A stretch of DNA of 64,000 bases, from positions 4,945 to 68,944 of the forward strand of contig JABHSO010000199.1 of the NCBI GenBank assembly GCA_018669845.1. The letters are read 5' to 3'. Positions within the stretch are counted from its first letter, which is position 1, and every line of letters begins with the position of its first letter. The position numbers were made by a program, and so were the translations under genes. Under the pieces are notes generated by a model. It did no database searches. It worked only from the letters and a program-made list of their open reading frames with translations, and was not told the origin of the DNA. Positions 18,306 through 26,427 of the stretch are shown here, piece after piece. Origin of the DNA: Gammaproteobacteria bacterium. GTDB lineage: Bacteria > Pseudomonadota > Gammaproteobacteria > GCA-001735895.

Positions 18306-20036
18306 TTATTCCTGAGGTACCCAGCTGTTGATGCTTGCTCCCTCACTTAAGTTAGTAGTCCAGATGTAACTGTCTGCCCAGATGTAACCATCAGCCCAGA
18401 TGTAACTATTGGCCCAGATGTAACCATTAGCCCAGATGTAACCATCAGCCCAGATGTAACCATCGGCCCAAATGTAACCATCGGCCCAAATGTAACCATC
18501 AGCCCAGATGTAACCTGTGCTCTGTGAATAACTGCCATCCCACAGTGTATATTGACCACCATCGGGATCCATCAGGTAATAGTTACCTACTTCATCCTGG
18601 TTAACCGGGCCGCCGTAGTGCTCGATATTATCCAGATCTTTGCTGATATCCATGCCGCGATTGGCACAACCTATGGCTGTGCTGTAAACCGCGTTATAGG
18701 CATCTACCATGCCAGAACCTTGCTGTAGGATGCTGTAGGCCAGTTTACCTTTACGGGTGCTCGCAGTACGAGCGGAATCAATCAGGCGGCATTTAACGTC
18801 ATCCGGTGTCAGGCTTGGATCGGCCTGCAGCATCAGAGCTACTGCTCCGGTGACAACCGCTGTGGCCTGTGATGTACCAGACATGGTAAAAAATTCTCTA
18901 TAAGTGGGCTCCATAAATTCAGGATGATCAATGGCAAGCTGGTGCCCTGATTTATCCAGTAGCGCTAGAATATGTCCACCGGGTGCAACCATATCAGGTT
19001 TAACAAAACCAGCATGGGTGGGGCCTGCTGCCGAGAAGGAAGCGACCACATCATCGCCTGAATCATCAGGTGTATAGTTGTCAGTCATTGCGCCTACGGT
19101 AATGACATAAGGAACATTGCCGGGCACACCGATAGTCATAGGATCTGGGCCGGTGTTGCCTGCAGAGGCAACTACTACGATACCCGCTTGCCAGGCTGCC
19201 ATAACAGCCTGATTGAGTGGATCATCATAATAATAAGATTTTGGTGGAGCACTGAGGGAAAGGTTGAGTACCCGGATGTCGTAGGTATCTTTGTTTGCAA
19301 CGAGCCAGTCAATGCCTGAAATAACCCCGGCATAGGTGCCTTGACCATCTGCATCGAATACACGTACCGAAACCAGATCGGCTTCTGGCGCCATGCCATT
19401 GTAAAGTTGTGACGTGGTCTGGCCATAACTCATGATGATACTGGTAACGTGTGAACCATGGCCACTGTCATCATGAATGTCACTTTCGGCTTTTTTGTCG
19501 GGTTTATTGATATCGTACTGGGCCAGTACTCTATAGCCATTGCTATCATCGATCAGGTGACTTTTGTTCCACAGACCGGTATCGAGTACAGCAACTGTTA
19601 CGCCATCTCCAGTAATACCCTCTGAATGCAATGCAGATGCTCCAGTAAAAGTTGGGTAGCAAGTGTTGAGATACTGGTCACTACTGGGTTCGCACATACT
19701 GACCTGTGAACTATCACTGGGTTTGCCAGAGAGTTCAACAGGGCTATCGTCGTAGATATGCAGAATATCTTGATGCTGGCGCAGAGTTTGGAGGCTGGTA
19801 TTGTTCAGCTTGACGCTGACAGCATTGATGATGCCGAGCTCGTGAGTGATTTCACCGCCAACGGATGAGACTGCTACTTTTACAGACGCTATATCTGTAC
19901 CCTGAACAATAAGTGATTTTAACTCAGTCTTATTGGGAATTTGTAATATCGCTACAGAGCTTAGAATTACGAGTCCAACAGTTACTGCCAAGATTCTATG
20001 TTTTTGTTTAGAATTTATCATTTGATAACTTCTCAA
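18306..20036 (-). CDS. secreted subtilisin-family (S8) serine protease with C-terminal hexapeptide-repeat tail
   Basis: Signal/anchor peptide. Catalytic triad contexts VAVLDTGL (Asp), HGSHVTS (His), SGTSQATAVVTG (Ser). The C-terminus is GYIWAD repeated about nine times. Confidence 0.85.
   Translation of the reverse strand: MRSYQMINSKQKHRILAVTVGLVILSSVAILQIPNKTELKSLIVQGTDIASVKVAVSSVGGEITHELGIINAVSVKLNNTSLQTLRQHQDILHIYDDSPVELSGKPSDSSQVSMCEPSSDQYLNTCYPTFTGASALHSEGITGDGVTVAVLDTGLWNKSHLIDDSNGYRVLAQYDINKPDKKAESDIHDDSGHGSHVTSIIMSYGQTTSQLYNGMAPEADLVSVRVFDADGQGTYAGVISGIDWLVANKDTYDIRVLNLSLSAPPKSYYYDDPLNQAVMAAWQAGIVVVASAGNTGPDPMTIGVPGNVPYVITVGAMTDNYTPDDSGDDVVASFSAAGPTHAGFVKPDMVAPGGHILALLDKSGHQLAIDHPEFMEPTYREFFTMSGTSQATAVVTGAVALMLQADPSLTPDDVKCRLIDSARTASTRKGKLAYSILQQGSGMVDAYNAVYSTAIGCANRGMDISKDLDNIEHYGGPVNQDEVGNYYLMDPDGGQYTLWDGSYSQSTGYIWADGYIWADGYIWADGYIWADGYIWANGYIWANSYIWADGYIWADSYIWTTNLSEGASINSWVPQE
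18360..18521. repeat. nine tandem 18-bp units (consensus ccagatgtaaccatcagc) inside the S8 protease gene
   Basis: Read directly from the sequence: units start at 18360, 18378, 18396, 18414, 18432, 18450, 18468, 18486 and 18504, each with a few substitutions. Confidence 0.95.
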
Positions 20037-20487
20037 TCCTAATACATTAAATTTATCTCTTAATAGTACTTATGTCCAAAATACTCAATTGGTGATTGCT
20101 CCAATTTTCGTACTATAAAAGACCTATAAAGTATATGGTTTAATTTCAAAATTACCAATACAAGTAGCACTCAAAGTTGAATAATGACTACTAATTCTCA
20201 TAAATACATCCCAAAAAGTTAGCTATTTTAAAAAATGTACTGATATTCGTAGTTGTCAATTTTTTGCATTAGTTATGTAATTGGTAATACTTTCTTTACA
20301 GTTATACAATTTTAAATAGGCTTGTATTTATTAAGTCTCTGTTATTAATTATGGTAGTTTCATCGATATTGATTTCAACAAATGCTCCTGATGCAGTAAA
20401 TAAACTTGGTTATAGTTTTTTGGGGACTCTACATATCATTTAAGTTTTACTACAACGGACTATTCCTCTTTACTCGACCTAAGCTTC

Positions 20488-20640
20488 ATGGCAACAGGTC
20501 TACAGTCAATTAGTGATGAAAGCTGGGGTCTGGATAACGTAACTATTAGTACAACATTAGTTTCAGAGCCTTCAATTATCATTTTATTTGGTGCAGGATT
20601 AGTAGGCTTTGCGCTTGCTCGTCGACGTAGAATTAAATAA
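20488..20640 (+). CDS. short ORF ending in a PEP-CTERM sorting signal (probably the remnant of a longer gene)
   Basis: Translation MATGLQSISDESWGLDNVTISTTLVSEPSIIILFGAGLVGFALARRRRIK. SEP + hydrophobic helix + Arg cluster at the extreme C-terminus is the PEP-CTERM architecture. No signal peptide. Below the ORF-track length cut-off. Confidence 0.45.
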   Translation: MATGLQSISDESWGLDNVTISTTLVSEPSIIILFGAGLVGFALARRRRIK

Positions 20641-20663
20641 TAGTTTTCAAGACTGTAAATTTA

Positions 20664-20690
20664 GTCACCTGAAATTAGGTGGCTTTTTTT
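20664..20690 (+). terminator. Rho-independent terminator after the PEP-CTERM ORF
   Basis: gtcacct / aggtggc 7-bp stem (one G-U pair), 6-nt loop, followed by a T7 run at 20684-20690. Confidence 0.6.
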
Positions 20691-20821
20691 ATGTTCGTAA
20701 AAGTCAGTTTTTGGTTGAAAGCTATTTTCAATTGCCATCTCGAAAGGTCAAAGTTGAAGCTTTTAGTCTTTTCATAAGATAAATTTCAATGAAAGTAATT
20801 GCTGAATTTTGAGGGGCCTTA

Positions 20822-21400
20822 CTAATCACTTTTTTTGGTAGCGTTCTGAAAAACTTCAGGCCAGAATTCTTTAACGACAGGACTGGTATTGGCATAACTA
20901 TGACAGCTATTGATAAATTTTGAAGGTTGATTTACCTGGCTTTGGTTATCTGAATTCTCGCCATCAGGTCCATCCAGACTGACTAAAGTTTGAAAAGCAG
21001 TGGTTGCAACAGGACCTAATAACTCTGTTAGATGTGTGCAGCCTTTGGTGCCGCCCATGATATCTCTTAATTTTCCTCTCCAGCCGGGTCCAATTTGAAC
21101 GCCAATCAATTGTTTGAAAATATCAGAAATAGATTTGCAATAATCGTACGGTGTGTAATCCATCACAGCACTTGCATCTTTGATTAACATATCTCTATCG
21201 ATGGTGATTCGAATCGACATACCATGTAGAGCTTCTCCTGCTTTTATAAAACCACCACGATCTTTATTGGGGAAATCAAAAGGTTTGGTATCTACCAGGT
21301 GCCCTTCGATATCGACTAAACCATCATCTCTTAGATAGCCTTCACAGGTTACTTTACGTGTGTGGACTAATTTACGCTCGATAGAAGGAGATAGTGGCAT
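20822..21400 (-). CDS. DUF2889-family protein
   Basis: N-terminus MPLSPSIERKLVHTRKVTCEGYLRDDGLVDIEGHLVDTKPFDF and the later IGPGWRG...GCTHLTELL match my memory of the DUF2889 family. Confidence 0.65.
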   Translation of the reverse strand: MPLSPSIERKLVHTRKVTCEGYLRDDGLVDIEGHLVDTKPFDFPNKDRGGFIKAGEALHGMSIRITIDRDMLIKDASAVMDYTPYDYCKSISDIFKQLIGVQIGPGWRGKLRDIMGGTKGCTHLTELLGPVATTAFQTLVSLDGPDGENSDNQSQVNQPSKFINSCHSYANTSPVVKEFWPEVFQNATKKSD

Positions 21401-21553
21401 GATATTCTGATGTTGATAAAAAAGAGTATTCTATCAATGTTTCAAAAAGTTATGCGAGTTTGAGAAATATTTTTTATTGAACTGATTTTCTTAAAAAGTA
21501 CCTGGTTATTAGCCGCTAACATTTGTAAATGTCCAGTTTCAGTCATGATACAT

Positions 21554-21578
21554 GTAGGGTGCGCGCGGCACACCCTAC
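21554..21578. repeat. REP-like palindrome, family A (GTAGGGTG...CACCCTAC)
   Basis: gtagggtg cgcgcggca caccctac: 8-bp perfect stem. Related copies occur at 37767-37844. Lies just downstream of the last gene of the Mbx-like operon. Confidence 0.8.
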
Positions 21579-21614
21579 GCCAATTTTCAAGCTAAACACC
21601 AGATTGGAAGCTTG

Positions 21615-22127
21615 TCATACACCACCCGAATGTATGACTTTGTAATATATCTTTTCTAATTCATTTTTATGTTCAGTTTCTTCATGGGCGAGATAGGTGA
21701 ATAAATCTTTAATTGGACCTTCTTCAACTTCTGCTGCTAGAGAGGTGTATTGTTCCATGGCAGCCTGTTCACGGGACAGTGCATATTGCAAAATAGACTG
21801 GTCATCCGGGGTTTCTCCCATGTCTTTGGCCTGGACAGCATCTGAAAACCGGTTGTTGCTGGGAGGCGTTGCTACCATGTCAGATAATTGGCTTTCTATT
21901 TCTGGGTTGACCAGCAATTCAGAGAATAAATTGTAATGCTGCTCTTCTTCTTCGGCCAGTTCTTCAACCAGGTAGCGAATTTGCTTACCGACTTTGGGGA
22001 TTAGGTCAGTGTAAAAATCCTGCGCTGCTTTTTCAAATTGAATTGCGACTTCGAGGATTTCTCTCAGTGTTTTTTTTGATGCCAGCAATTCTCGGCTGCT
22101 GCTGGTATTTTCTGAATCTCTGCCCAT
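21615..22127 (-). CDS. rubrerythrin/ferritin-like di-iron protein (no rubredoxin domain)
   Basis: Two E...ExxH motifs (EELAEEEEQH and AHEETEH) in a four-helix-bundle-sized protein. The ATG at 22125-22127 is chosen, 1 nt after the stop of the upstream gene. The longer ORF-track start overlaps that gene. Confidence 0.7.
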   Translation of the reverse strand: MGRDSENTSSSRELLASKKTLREILEVAIQFEKAAQDFYTDLIPKVGKQIRYLVEELAEEEEQHYNLFSELLVNPEIESQLSDMVATPPSNNRFSDAVQAKDMGETPDDQSILQYALSREQAAMEQYTSLAAEVEEGPIKDLFTYLAHEETEHKNELEKIYYKVIHSGGV

Positions 22128-22128
22128 T

Positions 22129-24000
22129 TTATTTACCTGAAGAATTCTTTTTAGTTGTGGACATAAGTTGTTGCTCAATACTGGCAGCAACCCGATGTCC
22201 ATCAGCAACGGCATGTACAACGTCCGGGCCGTTAACACAGTCACCGGCTGACCATAACCAGTCCTCTGATGTTCTGCCATCTGCGTCTACCTGTAACCTG
22301 CCGCGATTCCATTCCAGTTGTTCGGTGAGTTCTTTACCCAGTAGAGAGGTATCGGCAAATTGCCCAATTGCTTCTATGACTGCCTCACAGTTATGAACCA
22401 CTTCCTGTTCTTCATCATATTGAGGTACAAATCGATGCTGTTCATCGAAAATAGAAGTGACTTTCCAGGTTTTAAGGCCTATCAGCTTTCCGTCAGTATC
22501 GATTTCACAGCCCTGAGGTCCACAGCTATCTTTAATGATAATGCCTTCTTCCAGAGATTCTTTAATTTCATCCGGGTCGGCCATAAAATGTTGTTGCTCT
22601 TCGAGGGCCGTCAAGGTTATCTGAACTTTACCGTATTGCTGTTTTTGCAATCTAGCCAGAGAACGGGCTATATCCATGGCAACATTACCGCCACCGATGA
22701 CTGCGACACTGTGTGGCAGTTCAAATTCTTCACCACTGGATATTTTCTGTAATAAATCTACGGCACGATAAACATGTCGATGATCGGAGTTTTTGATTCG
22801 CGTCTGGCGACCTTGAGACAGGCCAATAGCTAAAATAACAGCATCAAAGTTTTTATGCAGTGTGCTCATCCGTTTGTTTTTACCGATTTTACAATCATAA
22901 TGAATCGTCACGCCAAGAGAAGTAATAATATCGATATCCTGCTGCAAGGTATCGAATGGCAGACGATACTCAGGAATGCCGTAACGGGTCATACCACCGG
23001 CATGGGGCAGGGCCTCGAATACTTCAACTTTATGACCTGAACGAACCAGGTCAAAGGCGGCAGTAAGACCCGCAGGTCCTGCACCAATAATAGCGATCTT
23101 CTTGCCACTGGATTTAGAGGTGCTGCCTTCGTTGACAATTTCTTTAATACGTTCATGGCTGACAGAATCCATCGCATAACGCTTTAGCCAACGAATGGCA
23201 ATGGGCTCTCCACGAATACCGATGGAGCAGGCATCTTCGCAGCGTCTGGTACAAACTCGGCCACAAACGTGTGCAAAAGGATTGGTGCGATATATCTGGC
23301 GAACGGCTTCTTCGGCATCATTATTCCAGATAGCTCGAATATATTCCGGTGCATGCATATTGGTAGGGCAGGAGTCATGACACATGCCACATTGCACACA
23401 GCGTGAAGCTTCAAGCACAGCCTGTTCCGGGGTAAAGCCATCGACAATCTCATCAAAATTATCAATTCTGGTTTCAGGTTCCAGTTCAGCCATTGCACTG
23501 CGGGTCAGGCTGAGTAAATCGGAGTGTTCTGTTTTTTGCCAGCCTTTACCAAAATGCTCTTTATGCATGCCATTTGGATCAGGCAGAATAAAATAGCTGT
23601 CGATGTGCTCCTGATCGCAGGTGTGTACATACTCACGCGATAAAGACAGTGAAGAACTGGGACAGATATCCACGCAAAGCGCACACCAGCAGCAGCGACC
23701 GTAATCGATAGCCGGGCGATGGTTACGAATACCTTTTACCGGATCATTAGGCAGGCTGGGAATTTCCACCATGGTGATTGCAGCGTTATCACAGATTTTT
23801 TGGCAGCTTGCACAACCGACACATTCTTCCCAGTCGTTCAAGTGAAAGCCGCGATAATTCAGTGAGGCTAGTCTCGGCTTCAACGGTTCTGTAATTGGTT
23901 TACGCGCCAGAAATTGTAAATTTTTAAGCGGATTGAGCAGTGAACCGGAATCGCTGTGATCTATCACGGGTGTTTTTTTAGGCTTCAGATTTAATTTCAT
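22129..24000 (-). CDS. fusion protein: NuoI/MbxN-like 2x[4Fe-4S] subunit + GltD/SudA/NfnB-like NAD(P)H-FAD oxidoreductase
   Basis: The first ~135 aa carry CVGCASCQKIC and CCWCALCVDICP, as in NuoI/MbhN. From about residue 190 it is GltD-like: RCVQCGMCHDSCP, NPFAHVCGRVCTRRCEDAC, dinucleotide folds KKIAIIGAGPAGLTAA and VAVIGGGNVAMD, and MTRYGIPEYRLP. Confidence 0.85.
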   Translation of the reverse strand: MKLNLKPKKTPVIDHSDSGSLLNPLKNLQFLARKPITEPLKPRLASLNYRGFHLNDWEECVGCASCQKICDNAAITMVEIPSLPNDPVKGIRNHRPAIDYGRCCWCALCVDICPSSSLSLSREYVHTCDQEHIDSYFILPDPNGMHKEHFGKGWQKTEHSDLLSLTRSAMAELEPETRIDNFDEIVDGFTPEQAVLEASRCVQCGMCHDSCPTNMHAPEYIRAIWNNDAEEAVRQIYRTNPFAHVCGRVCTRRCEDACSIGIRGEPIAIRWLKRYAMDSVSHERIKEIVNEGSTSKSSGKKIAIIGAGPAGLTAAFDLVRSGHKVEVFEALPHAGGMTRYGIPEYRLPFDTLQQDIDIITSLGVTIHYDCKIGKNKRMSTLHKNFDAVILAIGLSQGRQTRIKNSDHRHVYRAVDLLQKISSGEEFELPHSVAVIGGGNVAMDIARSLARLQKQQYGKVQITLTALEEQQHFMADPDEIKESLEEGIIIKDSCGPQGCEIDTDGKLIGLKTWKVTSIFDEQHRFVPQYDEEQEVVHNCEAVIEAIGQFADTSLLGKELTEQLEWNRGRLQVDADGRTSEDWLWSAGDCVNGPDVVHAVADGHRVAASIEQQLMSTTKKNSSGK

Positions 24001-25139
24001 CGATCCACCTCCGGAGGACAGGCATCCAGAGAAAACATGGTTTGAGCGACATCTTCAACACGACAGCCAACGGCTAATTTTTCCAGCACCTGAACAGCAT
24101 GCATGGCAGATGGTCCTCGAATATGAACACGGTAAGGTTTTTCTCCACCGTTTGAGACGACATAATAAGCCAGTTCACCTTTGGATGACTCGACTCTTGC
24201 ATAACTGTCTCCAGCGGGCACACGCCAGGCCAGAGGGTTAGGAATAGGGGTTCGAACAGGGCCTTTAATATCCGGTAAGGCTTTGACTACCTGACGAATG
24301 ATGCGAATACTCTCGACCATTTCAAGGCGTCTAACCAGGGTTCTAGCCCAGGCATCACCTGCCTGTTCAGTAGGTATATCAAATTTAAGCTGATCATAAA
24401 TCAAATAGGGGTCATCACGTCGTACATCAAATTCGAGACCACAGGCACGTAGATTAGGGCCGGTAACACTCCATTCGAGAGCCTGTTCCTGATTAATAGT
24501 GCCAATGCCTTTTGCTCGCTTAACAAAAATTTGATTAGTAAAAAACAAATTGTCGTAATCTTTTAAACGGCCATCAATATAATTCAGCGTGTCAGTGACC
24601 CGTTGTAGAAAACCATCCGGGATATCCTGCCTTACTCCACCGGGTAAATTGTAAATACTGTAAACACGGCCTCCTGTCAGTTCTTCAAATAAATCAAGTA
24701 ACAGGTCTCGATCGGCAACACCCCAGTACATAGGTGTATACATGCCGGTCGTGGCTGCGTGCCCACCGAAGTAAAATAAATGTGCTGCAATGCGGGATAA
24801 TTCCAGTTGTAAAACGCGTAGCCACTGGGCTCTTTCAGGAACTTCAATGCCGGCAAGATCTTCAACGGCTAGTGAATAACACACTTCCATTGGAACAGGA
24901 TCGGGCACACAGATGCGTGGAACCAGTGCGATATTTTGAATCCACAGGCGGTCTTCCATCAATTTTTCGAAACCACGGTGCAGGTAACCGGCATCGGCTC
25001 TGGCTTCGACAACCGTATCACCCTGTAGTTTGACTTTCAGCGCATAGTTGCCTTCAATTCCCGGATGATTGGGGCCAAAGTTGAGTTCGAATTCATTGCT
25101 GGGCGGATGATTAACCGACTGATAGTTTTCAGGTCTCAT
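23997..25139 (-). CDS. NuoD / [NiFe]-hydrogenase-large-subunit-like catalytic subunit (MbxL/MbsL-like)
   Basis: GPNHPGIEGNYAL...GYLHRGFEKLMEDR matches the NuoD/HycE family. The NiFe Cys pairs are degenerate: RICVPDP and C-terminal DACPPEVDR. Confidence 0.85.
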   Translation of the reverse strand: MRPENYQSVNHPPSNEFELNFGPNHPGIEGNYALKVKLQGDTVVEARADAGYLHRGFEKLMEDRLWIQNIALVPRICVPDPVPMEVCYSLAVEDLAGIEVPERAQWLRVLQLELSRIAAHLFYFGGHAATTGMYTPMYWGVADRDLLLDLFEELTGGRVYSIYNLPGGVRQDIPDGFLQRVTDTLNYIDGRLKDYDNLFFTNQIFVKRAKGIGTINQEQALEWSVTGPNLRACGLEFDVRRDDPYLIYDQLKFDIPTEQAGDAWARTLVRRLEMVESIRIIRQVVKALPDIKGPVRTPIPNPLAWRVPAGDSYARVESSKGELAYYVVSNGGEKPYRVHIRGPSAMHAVQVLEKLAVGCRVEDVAQTMFSLDACPPEVDR

Positions 25140-25140
25140 T

Positions 25141-25704
25141 TTAGTGCTCCTTCATCCTGATAGATTCAGGAGTGCTGACTACACCACCACCCTGTTTCTC
25201 AAGGTCTTTCAACCAGTCCGGGTGATACTCCTGCCAGCTGAATGTTTCCATAACCCATTTTTCTGAATTAAAGTCTTTGCGCATGGGAGGTGGTCCATTC
25301 CATTCGGTTAAAATGAACTTACTCATGTCTGGACTGCCTTCAAAGTAAAGGCCAAACATTTCGTGGATGTCACGTTCAAAAAATGCAGCGGGTGTATAAA
25401 TATCAAATACAGATAAATAAATACCGGGGTCTCGAGGAATTCGAATATGAGCTGAAATCAGTACCGATGTTTCATAAGACCACAGATGATAAACAAGTTC
25501 GAACTGGTTTTCCTCGATCCAGTCGACGCAGGAAATTGCAGATAGATGGACATAACTGGCACGTCCTCGCAGTAATGCGAGTAATGCGGGCAGAGCTTCG
25601 GCAGCAATATCAGCACGTAAACGGCGTGGATTATGATGGGTGAGGTGTATGCCTTCAATTTCCTGCAACAGTACATTGAGATTTTGAGAGTGTGCGGCAC
25701 TCAT
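25141..25704 (-). CDS. NuoC-like (30 kDa) subunit (MbxK-like)
   Basis: FERDIHEMFGLYFEGSPD motif typical of NuoC/HycE-N. Sits between the NuoB-like and NuoD-like genes. Confidence 0.8.
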   Translation of the reverse strand: MSAAHSQNLNVLLQEIEGIHLTHHNPRRLRADIAAEALPALLALLRGRASYVHLSAISCVDWIEENQFELVYHLWSYETSVLISAHIRIPRDPGIYLSVFDIYTPAAFFERDIHEMFGLYFEGSPDMSKFILTEWNGPPPMRKDFNSEKWVMETFSWQEYHPDWLKDLEKQGGGVVSTPESIRMKEH

Positions 25705-26402
25705 AGCTTCATCTCCAATGGTTCCAGCGGACGTTGAACTGACTCAAGAATTTTTGTGTGTTCACCCAGAGTATTGGGGCCTTCTAATTTATAAGTTTTG
25801 GCTTCACCGATAATATCGGTTGGTGTCTGCCAGTTATTTCCAAATAAATGTTGTTGATTGCCGAGATAATAGTCGTAGTTCGCGTAGTACTGTTTCCACG
25901 AATTAGCTTCATCGGTTTTAATCTTTTCCATCAACTGCTGCAGACCTTCCATCACCGCTTCCGGTCTGGGCATACAACCGGCGATATATAAATCGACAGG
26001 AACATACTCGTCCAGTTTTTTTGCTGTAGCATAACTTTGCCAGTACATGCCGCCATTGACGGTGCAGGAACAGATTCCGATAACGTATTTAGGCGCACCC
26101 ATCTGTTCATATGTCAGTATGACCCGTTTTAATGTTTTGATAGAAACATAACCGGTGATCAGCAGGATGTCAGCCTGACGTGGTGTAACCATCGGCTGAA
26201 TGCCCAGTCTTTCCATATCGAAACGAGATGTCATGGCCGGGGGTAATTCTATTGCACCACAACCGGTGCAATAGTGCAGCATGAACATCGAACGAGAACG
26301 GCAGAAGCTGACCAGTTCATCAAACACATTAGCAAATGGATTGCTACGCTTTGCGACCGGTTTCTGGTTTACTTCAATTTTATCGAGGTCAGTATTACTC
26401 AT
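25701..26402 (-). CDS. NuoB-like [4Fe-4S] subunit (MbxJ-like) with a C-terminal extension
   Basis: Cluster Cys contexts YCTGCGAIE, GICSCTVNGG and IAGCMPRPE. About 70 extra C-terminal residues. Confidence 0.8.
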   Translation of the reverse strand: MSNTDLDKIEVNQKPVAKRSNPFANVFDELVSFCRSRSMFMLHYCTGCGAIELPPAMTSRFDMERLGIQPMVTPRQADILLITGYVSIKTLKRVILTYEQMGAPKYVIGICSCTVNGGMYWQSYATAKKLDEYVPVDLYIAGCMPRPEAVMEGLQQLMEKIKTDEANSWKQYYANYDYYLGNQQHLFGNNWQTPTDIIGEAKTYKLEGPNTLGEHTKILESVQRPLEPLEMKL

Positions 26403-26427
26403 TAGGCTTTCTCATCGATTGGCTCCT

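Noticed and set aside
18347-18562. 71-aa minus-strand ORF (MVTSGL... repeats) through the 18-bp repeat region
   Set aside because: It is an alternate frame of the same tandem repeat that encodes the GYIWAD tail of the S8 protease. Its open frame is a by-product of repeat periodicity, and it lies wholly inside the better-supported gene.
22043-22396. 117-aa plus-strand ORF, and the 221-aa version of the rubrerythrin-like ORF (start at 22280)
   Set aside because: The plus-strand ORF is antisense to two well-supported genes. The long rubrerythrin start would overlap the NuoI-GltD gene by about 150 nt, whereas the internal ATG at 22127 abuts its stop.
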